A stretch of DNA of 64,000 nt from the human T2T-CHM13v2.0 reference genome, Homo sapiens. The position numbers and the translations under genes were made by a program. The first letter of the stretch is position 1. Each line of letters starts with the position of its first letter. Positions 49,301-62,339 of the stretch are shown here, one piece after another. Under the pieces are notes generated by a model. The model saw nothing but the letters and a program-made list of their open reading frames with translations. It was not told the DNA's origin and did not search any database. The DNA is taken from assembly GCF_009914755.1 (NCBI RefSeq), contig NC_060947.1; one strand, 5' to 3'.

Positions 49301-50579
49301 AGGAAAAGGACCTGAGGACAAGTCTAACTTCTCTCCATTGCCTCACCTCTGTAACAACCTCTCACCAGAGAAAAAGGTGTGACACCTCTAATTAGTGAAT
49401 TTGGTAGAAGGAAATGAACATGCTTGGCTCAGGATTTTTTGGGTTATTTCTCTTCCAAATTTGCCTGCCCACTTAAAGGGTCCATTCTGGTTTGCTCTCC
49501 ACTATGAAAGAAGCTTATGGGGTAAGCACTGCCCCCAGAAACAGGGGAGCCCATAGTTAAGTTCAAGTCAATGGGACTGCATTAGGAAGTCCATTTGGAG
49601 CTGGATTTAAAGCCATGCTCCTTAATCATCTTATTAGTAACAAAGTTGATTATTTCCTTCTCCACTGGTTGGACTTCTCAATTGGTCCTGAACTTGGGCA
49701 GAAAAGAGGGCTGCAATTTGTTAGGCTCTTAAACTCCACAGATGATTATTATTTTTATGTACTGACTTCCTTACGTTCTTAATATAACCTAACAAATTAC
49801 TGTGAAAAACTCAACCAGTGCCCAATTTGTGGGATGGATGTATTGTGGCTATATTTGCTCACTATAGTTTCCTTATACGAAACAAGACTGAGTACAGAGT
49901 ATTGAATGTTGTATTGGAAACCTACTTTTCCAATTAGTACACACAACTCTTTTTCTGGAAAGATGACAGAAAAGTGCTGTGTACTGAAAAATGCTCATGA
50001 GGTATTAATACTCTTCTCTTCATAACTTGATCAACAATGGCCTTTTGTGACCTAGAGAGACACACTATATCCTAAAACAGAAATAACAGATATGCATGTC
50101 TACCATAAAAAGAGACTTGCACAGGGAGTGCCATTTACCCCCAGAGAAAGTGGAAGGAAGCCATATATGAGTGAACAGTAATGCCTTTTATGGTTTCTTT
50201 TTCGAAACTTGATTCTTATCAAGTTTCTTTTTTACTTCATGCATAATGACATTCATACATATGAGATTCTCTGCTATTTGTGTTGTTTCTATTTAGTAAC
50301 TACTGCTATTTCTACTGTGCTAAAAAACAAACAAACAAACAACAACAACAACAAACTTGAAACATCTTATGAAATGGCCCTAACAGAAAGTAGAAAGAAA
50401 ATTGACTAAGGAAATGGAAAAGTTGGACTAAGCATGTTATAAATGTGGTTCAGGTGGACAGAGGATGTGAGCTGGGAGTCAATGATGGGTGAGATTTGCC
50501 ATGCCTGTCTTACATCTTGAATAGCCCAGATCCTCACTCTTGACCTGGGGCTTTCTCATAGTATGGCTGGTGGCCATGT

Positions 50580-51080
50580 GTATCAGAAAGGATTAGCCCC
50601 AGCTGTAGGTAACAAAGATTTCAAATCACAGTAGCTCAAGAAAATGAAGTTTACTTCTCTAATGTCAAAGTCAGGGTGGGGCAGTCCAGAGCTGGTGTGT
50701 GGCTGCTGTGTTTCATGAAGTCTTCAATGACCCACACTCTTCTCGTCTCAATGCTCTACCATCTCCAGGGTGTTACCTTCCATCTATGGTGGAGAATGAA
50801 GGTCAGCCACTATGTCAGAATTCTGGGCAGCAGGAGGAGAAAGGATGAAGAAGAAAACTGTGGAATGGGCATGCACCAGCTGTCTTTTAAAGGAGGTGCC
50901 TGGCAGCAGCCACAGGGCTCTTTTGCTCACACCTCATTGGTCAGAACATAGCCACATGGCCACACCTAGCAGCAACAGGGGCTGAGAAATGTAGTCTTTA
51001 CATGTCCCTGGCTGAAAACCAAGGTTTCTACTACTATGGAAGAAGGGACTTAGATATTGGGGGATGACCACAATGGGCCA
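50580..51080 (-). mobile_element. Old MLT1 LTR
   Basis: CATTGGTCAGAACATAGCCACATGGCCACACCTAGC...GAGAAATGTAGTCTTT. Confidence 0.7.
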
Positions 51081-53186
51081 GAAATTGTTCACTGGGATGT
51101 ACCTTCCATATGTTGTTCCCAAATGCTGGTTCTAAGGACTGTTGCCAACCAACAAGAAAGTATTCACTAGGCTCTATTGAAATGTAAACAAATTTGTGCA
51201 AAGTACAGATTTTTTAATAGTTTTATTTAAGGAACTGTCCTTCATTCTGCCTTTATCTTGCCTTTATGTCTTATGGACTTTTTAATGTTAAAATGTTATT
51301 TCTTTTTGAAATCAGGATGGGAATATGTGGTTGTCATTGGCTACCCTGTGTCCTTACTCCTAATCTACTTGTGTTCTAGGCATTCTACTGCACTCACTCC
51401 AGGGAGCCCCTTCCTCAGTCTTTGACAGGCACCCCACTTGAGTGCTCTCAAGTCCCTTTTCCCATGATGGTGTAATGGCCTGTTGACTTGGGTAGTGGGT
51501 TCAAATCTTGGCCTTCAAGCTCTAAGGTGCAGAAATAAAACCTTATTTTTCTGCATTTGATGTTAATTTCTATTTCAACCCATCATTCAGCAGAGTGAGG
51601 AAATGTAAATTTACTAGAATCATGACTCTTCCCTTTTCTGTGGCATTGGGTCTAAGTTTGGAGTTGGGGGTGGTGGAGGTAGGGATCTGGGCTTTGGGTC
51701 CTCTGTTCACTTCTGCATCACCTGAGGTGTCCTCTTCTTGCTTGGCTCTTTGTCACCCTTCCCCATGACTTCTGTTCCTCATCCCATTGTCAAGGGCCTA
51801 TCTGGCCAGGCTTTCTCTCAGCTCTCCAGTTTCCACTGGGGGACATGGGAATAAACAGATGTGTTCTCACTGCGCTGGGTCACAGGAACTTCTGTGGAGC
51901 TCCCTAAGACACTGTCCTCTTCTGCCAACCTCTAATGTATGGGGAACACCCTGGCACACTCATGCATGGCTATGTGAGACCCCTCTTCCAGAGACCATAG
52001 GCCCATGTTGTAGAAGGCTTTTGCTTGCAAGTCAAATGGCTTAAAAGTATGGATTGAATCATTTTATATAGCAAGAAGGTTGGAAGTAGACAGGCTAATT
52101 CAGGTAGTCAGCTCTATTAAGCTTTCTCAGCCAATCTCTTGGCTTCCCCCTTAGTTATAACATACTTGCTGTGATGCCAAGCACCGTGTTCTCTCCTGAC
52201 CATCCAAAGCAGCAAGAAATGGTATTTCACTTTCTTTCAAGAAGGAAAAATCTTTACAATACCCTTTCCCTTCACAAGTCATTGGGCAGGACTGGGTCAC
52301 TGGATTACAATGGCTGGTTTAGAGCAATCATGATTCATTCCCTGGGGCTCAGTACATTGTCACCCACTGTCTGAATACTATTAGGGTTAAGGACAGCCAA
52401 TAGTGTCTGCCACAGATTCTTTCTGTCCTCTCCTTACCCTAGAATCTTCTGGGGGTGGGATGCGGGCGTAGCAATTCTAGGACCAAAAGCATACTTGCGC
52501 ACGTACAACTGCCCCTCTGACAACCTCCCTCCCACAGGGAGTCATCTGGTGGGGAGGAGTGGCTGGAAGAAGGTGGCAAAGTATTGTTTTATATTCTTCA
52601 ATATTGATGGTATTTCCACATATGAGTTCTATCTGTCTCTCCTGAGCATGAGGCTTTCGGAACTCAAAAGCCCAGAGGTGAATCGTATTTTCACCGTTTC
52701 CAGATCTCATCCCTTCTCTCAGTTAATAAACAACTGAGCAGGGGCAGGGTTACAGGGCAGAATATTTTCTCATCACACTCATCTGTACCACCAGGTAGAC
52801 TGCAGCTCCTTGAGGGCAGAAGCTTGCCCTTGTATCCCCAACACCTGACACTTAGCAAGTGGTCAAACTTGTCACAAACTAAAAAGATAAAGAACCTCTC
52901 CTAGGAGCAGGAAAGGGAGCTATTAAATAAGTCAACAGATTGAACACTAACCTTTGCAACAAGTCCAGAGAGATGATGTTTCAGGTCCCCCAAAGTTTCT
53001 GATTTTTCTGATCAGGACAATGAGGCACACTAGATCAAGCCAAGATGACTAGAGTATCATTCCATGTCAATACAGGATTAAGAAGTCACGCCTGTTTCAC
53101 GGAAAGGGAATGGAAAGAAAGGGTCAAAGTTGGAAAATGTTCAAGATGGAAGGGATTTTCTGCAGTGAGTGCTACGGTGCCCAACA

Positions 53187-53298
53187 GAAAAATGGTAGAA
53201 CTGGGTTATAGAACTTGAATTAATGCAAATTGTTATACTTTGGAAAAATGGTAGAACTGGGTTATAGAACTTGAATTAATGCAAATTGTTATAGTTTG
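53187..53298. repeat. 56-bp tandem duplication (1 mismatch)
   Basis: 53187-53242 and 53243-53298 differ only at C53238/G53294. Confidence 0.97.
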
Positions 53299-53351
53299 AG
53301 TAAGAGCAGGTTGAGAGTTAAAGCTTACCTATGAGGAGCAAAACTCTTCTC

Positions 53352-53677
<326 letters not shown>

Positions 53678-54234
53678 TGACTTGTAGTATTATTAGTGTT
53701 TTTAAAAAAATTGTTGTTCTTGGTATTTCCTTTATCCTTTGGCCTTCCTGCCAACTCACAAACTCAAGCCCTGTCATTCTGTCTGCACTCATTGCTAAAA
53801 GAAGTATTGAGATGCAGAACACAGAGCAATGAAGAAACTCTTCCTGCCTTCTAAATTTCAAATCCTGGCCCTTAGGCCAGATTTGTACAGCGTTGTTAGG
53901 TGGGCCCTGTTTGGTGGCACTGCTCAGATCCAGTGTGCACTGACATGGGATTGCTTCCTCTGGGAAGAGAGGCGCCTTGGTCTTATTTGCACAAAGATGC
54001 CATAGGGGTTTGAAACAGCCTGCGCCTTAGCTGAGAACAGAAAGGGTTAAGGTTTAGGTAATAGATTTAGAGGAGTACTTGAGTGAGAGTCAGGCTTCAC
54101 ACATAGATCCCACACACAGATTTCAGAGACACTCATAGAAGTATATTATATCCTTTTCCCCTTTGAAAACATCTTCTTGCTTCTTGACACATGTGGTACA
54201 AGTCTACACTCATTTGCTCCAATGCACTGCAAAC

Positions 54235-54465
54235 CAGTACTGTCCAATAGAGCCATGTGCGATCATGAAAATGGACTATTATGTGCTGTCCATGTGGCTG
54301 TTGGGCACCTGAAATGTGGCTATGTGACCAGGGAATTGCATTTTAAATTTTATTCATTTTAATTAAGTTAAATTTAAATGCCACATGTGGCTAGTTGTTA
54401 CTGTATTGGACAGTGCAGACATTGAACATTTCCATCATTGAAGAAATTTCTATTGGACAGCATTA
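54235..54465. mobile_element. MER3/MER33-type hAT MITE
   Basis: CTGTCCAATAG...GCCACATGTGGCTAG...CTATTGGACAG terminal inverted repeats. Confidence 0.85.
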
Positions 54466-54469
54466 TTCC

Positions 54470-54830
54470 TCCAGAAACCAGTCCTGAGATAGGACTTGAA
54501 ATTCATTTGGAAGAGTAAGGGTGTGGGAAAGGGAGACAGAAAACAAAGGCAGCCAGAAAAGGCTGTGTTGTTGAGCGCATCTGCTCTGGGGGCAACTGCA
54601 GCTGAGTCATGCTGGGGAACTCTGGGAACAGATGTACAGCATGTACCTCAGAATCATCCCACCCAAGAGGTGAAGGAGTTGGTATATTTCTCTACGAATT
54701 CCTGCCAATCACTGATTGATGGCTGCCCCAGGGTGTGTGGCTTCTCAGCACTTTTACCTTCAGGCAGAGTCACAGAAGAGAATGGTTGGAGTTGGCAGGG
54801 CTTGAGTGCATGGGTCACCCACAGTGCCTG
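54470..54830. mobile_element. LTR16-like ERVL LTR
   Basis: CCTGAGATAGGACTTGA...CTCTGGGAACAGATGTACAGCATGTACCTCAGAATC...GGAGTTGGTATATTT. Confidence 0.6.
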
Positions 54831-54998
54831 CCTCCTTCACTCCTGACCCCCAGGCTGCTCTCCAGGCATGGCCATAATGTATCATGTGCATCCTTGGAGA
54901 CACTTTTGCATACATAAGTATAAATGCATATATGTAAAGAGATGTATTTTTTCCATTTATCCAAATGGGCTAATTCCATGTATACTCTTCTGCACTTT

Positions 54999-55293
54999 GC
55001 TTTTTTGTTTTTGTTGAGACAGGGTCTCTGGAGTCCAGAGCTGGAGTGCAGTGGCGTCATCATGGCTCACTGTAGCCTCAACCTCCTGGCCTTAAGCCAT
55101 CCTCCTGCCTCAGCTTCCTAAGTAGCTAGGTCTACAGGCATGTGCCACCATGGCTAGCTAATTTATTATCTTTTGTAGAGACGTGGTCTCACTATGTTGC
55201 CCAGGCTGGTCTCAAACTCCTGGGCTCAAGTAATCCTTCCACCTTGGCCCACCAAAGTGCTGAGATTACAGGTGTGAGCCACTGCGCCTGGCC
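54999..55293 (-). mobile_element. Alu (J-like)
   Basis: Antisense Alu; TSD TGCACTTTGCTTTTT. Confidence 0.93.
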
Positions 55294-56534
55294 TGCACTT
55301 TGCTTTTTGCACTTAAAAATATACCTTGGAGATTCTCTGTTGGAGTCATTTCTTTAACTCCTTTTCTTGGCTGTACTTATTACAAACAAGTTCAGACTGA
55401 AAGAGAAAAGAGCTGCAATGGCTTGGCTGAAAGAATGCAAAGAGCCTTGTGTTTAGCTTATGGATTTAAAAGGCAAGCTGTTTGTTGAGATTGCAGAGTT
55501 TGGTTTAAGGCATTTTGGGATGGAGTGATTTTCCTGTTAAAAACAAATGAGAATTTGCTTGGTGATAAACTCAAGCAGTGTGTGGGCTGATTAGACAATA
55601 GAGCATACAATCAATGCATTAACCTCCTAGGATGACTGCAGCAGCAGATGGCAGCTGTCTCTGAGGGGGGACATCCTTAGCTTGTCCTGAACAGAGGCAT
55701 CAGAAGTCCTGAGTTGGGGCCCCAGCTCTGCCATTGACTTGTGTCATTTTTGAAGCCTCGTGGACTTTCAGGGCCTCTGTCTTCTTGTCTATTAGGTGAG
55801 TATGCTAATGCCTGTTCTACCTCCTCTCAATGGGTTTGATGCGTGGACAGGCCAGTGTTACAAATCCAAATGTCTTCAGGGCTATTCAGGCAAGTAAATG
55901 AGTCAATTGAGGCTGTCCTAAGTAATAGGGAGTAGTGGGGACTATAGCTAAGAGGAGAATAAATGACATACACGCACACACACACTTTTCCCATCTCCCG
56001 TTTAAACATTTAAGCAAATACTATCCTAACCAGATAAACCACATCTGTGGACTACTTGCAGCCTTTCAGCAAGAGGTGACATCCTATAAATTTGAGTTAT
56101 AACCTCCAAGGAAAGGAGGTGGCTCTGTTGTGACTGTTTACTGAGCCTAATCCCTATTGACTCTTTCAAAAACCATGTTCTTCCATTTCAATTGTCTCTT
56201 CCTGCGGCAATGAAGAGAAGCTTGAAGTTGGCTGTGAAAATGACTCCAAAATGTCAGTGGCTTGAAACAGCAAAGATTTATTTCTTGCCCACAGTACTCG
56301 TCTACTGGCCATGAAGCTGAGGCTGAACTCAACATCCTCATTCATGAAGCCTGATGGGAACTCAGACTTTATTCTCTGGCAGTTTTTAATCTCTACCAAT
56401 AAACAAGTGAAAGATATACATGTATACAACGTAAATGTCAAATAATCCTTCACAAACTTAAGACTTAAAAAAGTAGTAGTCCTGTGCCTCACCTCTCCAC
56501 ACCTTATTCTGACTCTCAGAGGCCACCATTTTCA

Positions 56535-57240
56535 GGTGGTGACAAATGCTGTGGGAGAAATAAAGGCATCAGAGGGGTTAAGGAGTGCCCTGCTGTGGAG
56601 GCATTGCAGTTTTAAGTAGAATATTGAGAAAGTGACATTTAAGAAAAGGATGCAGGGAGTGATTTACATGGATACCCAGCAGGCAAGCTGTATAGGTAGA
56701 GAAATGTCAAAATCCAGGGGTGGGAGTGTTCTGGGCTGTTCTGGATCAGTGCTCCTCACATAGAGGGGTAGAGGAATCCCCTGAGGGTCTTGATGAAATG
56801 CAGACTCTCATTCAGTGGGGCCGGAGAGGGACCTGAGACTCTGCATTTCTATTGAGCTCCCAACTGATGCTGATGTTACTGGTCTAGGGGCCACATTTTG
56901 AGAAGCAAGGTCCTAGAAAAAGTTAGGAAGTCAATGGGGCTGGAGCAGAATGAGAGAAATGGGTGAGTAGAAGGAACCGATGACAGAAAGATAATAGGGG
57001 TCCAGATCGTGCCATGCTTGTAGGCCACTGTAAGGGCTTGAGCTCATATTGCAAGTGACACAGGAGCAGAAAAGTGACGATCTGGCTTATGTTTTAGAAT
57101 AGATTGTAGGAGGGCAAAGGCAGTTAGGAAGCTATGGAACTAATCCAGGTGAGAGATGGTGATGCTTTGGACTAGGAGGAGGTGGTGGGATGGGAGAAGT
57201 GGGGAGATCCAGCAGGCTTTCTGATAGGTTGGTTGGAGGC
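56535..57240. mobile_element. L2 fragment with nested MER5A (~56745-56910)
   Basis: GTAGGCCACTGTAAGG, AGGCAGTTAGGAAGCTAT..TAATCCAGGTGAGAGATGG (L2); GAAATGCAGACTCTC..CTGCATTTCT (MER5A). Confidence 0.7.
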
Positions 57241-57703
57241 ATGAAAAAGGAGTTGCTTGAGCACCTTGAAGGGTGGAGTTGCCATTTCTGCACCATCTCT
57301 TACATCTATCTTCTCTCTCCAGTTCCACTGCCACTTCTCCAGGTTAGGCCCCATCAATTCGCATTACTGTCATCGCCTTTGAACAGATACTATAAACATA
57401 TTTGTCTTGAGAAATGGCTTTGTTCATTCCTAACCTTTGTAAAGACCTTGTGGTTGCTCACAGCATCCATGGTTTAGCAGGGAGGACCCTTCATGAACTG
57501 GCTCTTCTCCATGCTTCTATGTCATCACTCTGCTTCATGAACTAATTGTTCTAGCCCAGGGCTTCATGACTGTCTCCCCATCATGATGCACAGGATATAG
57601 GGGGTGTTGAGCTGTGAGATATTTGCAAACACTGGCACAGTCACCTTAAGGCCACCACATTGTCTCCCAGTCAAATGCTTTAATCTGCTTTTGTTGTGTA
57701 TAC

Positions 57704-57986
57704 TTTTTTTTTTTTTTTTTTTTAAAGAGACAGGATCTCATTCTGTTGGAGTGAAGTGGTATGACCTCCTGGGCTCAAGTGATCCTTCCACATCAGCCTC
57801 TTGAGCAGCTGGGACTACAGGCATGCACCACCATGCCTGGCTAATTAAACAAAAAAAATTTTTTTTATAGAGATGAGGTCTCATCATGTTGCCCAGGCTG
57901 GTCTGGAACTCCTGGCCTCTAGCAATCCTCCCACTTCAAGCCTCTCAAACTACTAGGATTACAGGTGTGAGCCACCATGCCTGGCC
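57704..57986 (-). mobile_element. Alu (J-like) with deletions
   Basis: Antisense Alu; TSD TGTATA. Confidence 0.9.
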
Positions 57987-58069
57987 TGGATGTATATAGT
58001 TTAAGAAAGCAAACCATTTGTAAACTTTCCTTCACTGTTCTTTTATCATTATATCAAATTATTTACATC

Positions 58070-58475
58070 TGTGCTACTCAATGTGCAGTCTATAGACCAG
58101 AGCATCACCTGGGAGCTTGACAGAAATACATGTTCTTGGACCCCACCCCAGACCTACTGAATGAGAATCTCTGACAGCAGGGCCCAGGAATCTGTGTTTT
58201 AATGAGCTCCCCAGGATATTCTAACACATACTAAAGTTTGAGAAGTAGTACCTGTCATACCTCAAATTAAACATCAGTAGGTCCCCACACCATAGTTGAG
58301 AACAGCCAACTTAGCCTAGTGGGTGCAACTCTGGCTGTACAGGAATCACCAGGGAAGCTTTAAAAAACAAAACCAAAACCAGCAATGGCTGGGCCCCGAT
58401 GACCAGCGATTCTGCTTTAATTGGTCTAGGGTGGGATCCAAGTGACTCTAACATGCAGCCAGGTCTGAGAACCTC
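58070..58475. mobile_element. Two MER5A-like MITEs
   Basis: CATCACCTGGGAGCTTG..AAAGTTTGAGAA (58070-58250) and GAATCACCAGGGAAGCTT..TGAGAACC (58320-58475). Confidence 0.75.
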
Positions 58476-59113
58476 GCAAGCTGGCAGACGGATCTCCATT
58501 CTGTTTCCAACACACAGCCGTATTTTCTGCCTTGCACTGTTCTCTCTTCCTGGAGTGCTTGTTTGTGCCATCTCCATGTTGCCAACTCTATTCATTCCGG
58601 GAAGCTGAGCCCAGACTCAACTCCCACACACATTGGCCCCCGAGCTTCTCCTCCCCTCAGTTCCTGCTGCATCTGAGCTGCACTGTCCTCACTAACCAAA
58701 GTCTCTACTACCTTTGTCACATTTGTTACTCAGTTTTGTTACTTTAAAAATTTTTTACTACATAATGTTTGGTGTAATATCCATTTCTGATCTCTTTTAT
58801 ATCTTTGCAGTGACCCAGAAAATGGTGGATGGATGCTTAAAATATGTTTGTGGTGAAAGAACAGTTCCAGTAGCATTGGAGAGAATTCACATTTTATTGA
58901 AACCTCATGGGTGGCTGCTATGGCACTTGTGGCCAAATGTGACCCTTACATTGTACTCTTGTTAAAATGAGGCCTCATTCCATGAAAAACTGTTCCTCAA
59001 ACTGTCCCATGGAGTATTTGTGGTCAGCATATATGAATACCATTCTATAGAACAACTGTTCTTTGACCAGAAAATAAAAATTAAGAAATACTACAAACCA
59101 CACGATTTCTGCA

Positions 59114-59310
59114 TGTATTAGTCAGGGTTCTCTAGAGGGACAGGACTAATAGGATAGGTGTCTATATGAAAGGGAGTTTATTACGAAGAATTGACTCACA
59201 CAATCACAAGGTGAAGTCCCACAACAGGCTGTCTGCAAGCTGAGGAACAAGGAAGCCAGTGGTGGATCAGTCAGAGTCCCAAAACATCAAAAGTAGGGAA
59301 GGCGACAGTG
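59114..59310 (-). mobile_element. MLT2A-like ERVL LTR fragment
   Basis: TGTATTAGTCAGGGTTCTCTAGAGGGACAGGACTAATAGGATAG...GAGTCCCAAAAC. Confidence 0.85.
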
Positions 59311-59714
59311 CACTTAAGTGCCCACTGGACCATGCTGGTTCTGTCACCTGCAATTATAGGAAAACCTCCTCTTCTCCTTTTCTCTTCTTGAATTTGTTAG
59401 CTCACTCAATGGCGACATTACCCCCAATCTCCCAAGCCAGGGGCTCAACTCCCTATCAGGATGGTAAAGTATAGCACAGAGGCAAGGGCTCAGAAAGACT
59501 TGAAACCTGGGTTCAATCTTCACCCCTCAATGACGCTTTCTAGCTTGCTGGCTTTGGACAAGTTACTTAATCTAAGTTCATTTCTGTATCTGGGAAATGA
59601 GAAATTGACTCCCAGTGTTGTGCTGGGATGAAATAAGGTAGCATATGTAAAGTGTTCAGTGCACAGCAAGCTCGTATTATTACACTCATCACTAACCAAT
59701 CACACATTTCCCAT

Positions 59715-60185
59715 CTCTATTGGTTTCCTGTTACTGCTGTGACAAATTACCATAAACTCAGTGACTTAAAGCACACAGATATGTCCTTTTATAGTTCTGG
59801 AGGGCAGAAATCTGAAAGGGGTCTTACTGGGCTAAAATCAAGGTGTTGGCAGGGCTGCATGTCTTCTGGAAGTTCTAGGGGAGAATCCGTTTTCTTGATT
59901 TTTCTGGTTTCTAGAGACTGCCAGCATTCCTTGATATATAGCCCCTTCCTTTCATTACTCCAACCTCTGCTTCTCACATTCCTTCTTTGACTCTGACCCA
60001 CCTCCCTCCCTCTTATAAGGACCCTTGTGATGACATTGGGCCCACTTGGAGGATACAGGATGCTCTCTCCATGGCAAGCTCCTTAACTTGGTCACATTTG
60101 CAAAATCTTTTGCGATGCAAAGGAATGTATTCACAGGTTCCACATTGTGGAACGCTGGACACACTGGGGGGCCTATCACACCATC
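59715..60185 (-). mobile_element. MLT1 LTR
   Basis: CTGCTGTGACAAATTACCATAAACTCAGTGACTTAA...TAAGGACCCTTGTGATGACATTGGGCCC. Confidence 0.85.
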
Positions 60186-60578
60186 TCAAGGACCCACGTA
60201 GGTCAACATCCATGCCTACCCTGTCATTTTCTAACTTCCCACTCTGTTTGAAGCTAATGTGAAGCTCAGTCAAATCTAGCTGGCAATGAGGAAGAGCAGT
60301 CTGAAGATCAGCATATCTGGTAAATCTGCAATGCTTGTCTTGTATGTCCATTATATAAAATGGGGACATTACGACATTTGGAATATTTAAAATGGAAAAG
60401 AGAAATCATAGAACCTACTATTTTTAAGGATTTGAAGGCCTACCACATGGATGCGATCTTGTGCTTCTGTGTCCACAAGATGGTCCTCTATTAAGTATAA
60501 TATTGAATTGACTAGCCATTAAATCTCCTTCCAACTCTGTGATTCTCAAAGTCATAAGACAAGGGCTAATTGTATATC

Positions 60579-60871
60579 TGTATTAGTTCGTTTTCATAAT
60601 GCTGATAGAGACATACCCAAGACTGAGCAATTTACAAAAGAAAGAGATTTAATGGACCTACAGTTCCACGTGGCTGGAGAGGCCTTGCAATCATGGCAGA
60701 AGGTGAAAGGCCTGTCTCACATGGCAGCAGATTTGTGAGACTTATTCACTATCATGAGAACAGCATGGGAGAGACCTGACCCCATGATTAAATGACCTCT
60801 CACTGGGTCCCTCCCGCAACACATGGGAATTCAAGATGAGAGTTGGGTGAGGGTACAGCCAAACCATATCA
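60579..60871 (-). mobile_element. THE1 solo LTR with internal deletion
   Basis: TGTATTAG...AAACCATATCA; perfect 5-bp TSD ATATC (60574-60578, 60872-60876); only 293 bp. Confidence 0.92.
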
Positions 60872-60977
60872 ATATCCATAGTTACATAGGAGCTTGGCAA
60901 AGAAATAGAATCTTAATCCTATACTCTAAGCAGTAAAATTCTATAAGCTATCATGTGAAAAGGAACACAAAAGGGGT

Positions 60978-61840
60978 GCAGTAGATTACTTGCAAAAAAG
61001 GCTGCAATAATTTCTCCCATCCCTGTATGCACATCCTCTTGCAATGTGACTCAAAGCTCTTCCCATCAAGAGGTGGAGCCTATTTTTTCACCCCTCGAAT
61101 CTGGGCTTGGCCATGTGATCTGCTTTGGGCAATGGGACATCAGAAAATATGAAGAAAGCAGAGGCTTATAAAACGCTTGCATGCTGTGGCTTGTCTTTTT
61201 TTTTTTTTTTTTTTTTTGAGACAGAGTCTCTCTCTGTTGCCAGGCTGGAGTGTAGTGGCGATATCTCGGCTCAGCTCACTGCAACCTCCACCTCCCGGGT
61301 TCAAGCGATTCTTCTGCCTCAGCCTCTGGAGTAGCTAGGACTACAGGTGTGCGTCACCACGCCCAGCTAATTTTTGCATTTTTAGTAGAGATGGGGTTTC
61401 ACTGTGTTGGCCAGGATGGTCTCAATCTCCTGAACTCGTGATCTGCCCACCTTGGCCTCCCAAAGTGCTGGGATTACAGACATGAGCCACCGTGCCCGGC
61501 TGGCTTGTCCTCTTTTGTTGCTTTTGGGACCCTTGTTATAACTACCATGGGAACAAACTCAGGCTAGCTTGCTGGAGACATGTGGCCCAGTTGCTCCTAT
61601 TACTTTAGCAGATAACCATAAGACAGCCAGCTCCAAACCCCAGATATGTGATTGAGGCCATCCTAGACTAACCAGCCCCTGGCTGACCCATCAGCTGACT
61701 GCATCTATAAGAGTGAGCCCAGGGGAGACTGGCAGAAGACCCACCTAGCTGAGCCCAGCCTAAGTTGCCAACCCACATAAAAAATGGTTAAGTCACTAAG
61801 TTTGGGGACGAGTTGTTATGTAACAAAAGCTAACTTACAC
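60978..61840 (+). mobile_element. MLT1F/G-type LTR containing an Alu
   Basis: CTCTTCCCATCAAGAGGTGGAG...GCTGAGCCCAGCC...TTGTTATGTAACAAAAGCTAAC. Confidence 0.8.
61196..61500 (-). mobile_element. Alu (Sc-like)
   Basis: Antisense Alu; TSD TGGCTTGTC. Confidence 0.95.
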
Positions 61841-61874
61841 AAGGGGCAATTTTTCTGATCAAAAGAATCATAGA

Positions 61875-62182
61875 GGCCGGGTGCAGCGGCTCATGCCTGT
61901 AATCCCAGCACTTTGGGAGGCTGAGGCGGGCGGATCACCTGAGGTCGGGAGTTCGAGACCAGCCTGGCCAACATGGCAAAACGCCGTCTCTACTAAAAAT
62001 ACAAAAATTATTAGCCAGGTGTGGTGATGCATGCATGCAATCCAAGCTACTCGGGAGGCTTGAGGCATGAGAATTGCTTGAACCTAGGAGGCAGGGGTTG
62101 CAGTGAGCCGAGATCATGCCACTGCACTCCAGCCTGGGCGACAGAACAAGACTCTGTCTCAAAAAAAAAAAAAAAAAAAAAA
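61875..62182 (+). mobile_element. Alu (S-like)
   Basis: Full Alu; TSD AATCATAGA. Confidence 0.95.
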
Positions 62183-62339
62183 TCATAGAAGTGATGTATC
62201 TTAAAAATCCCGGAGGCAAGAATAAATTAATAGTCACGACGTATTTTTAAAATTAGGAGAAAATTTAACCTCTATGAAGGAAAATCCACACTTCAGCTAA
62301 TGTGACCCTAGGTATGTTACTTATTCTTACCATTTTTGC

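Noticed and set aside
57489-57590. Repeated CTTCATGA(A)CT motifs
   Set aside because: Short, irregularly spaced, no array structure.
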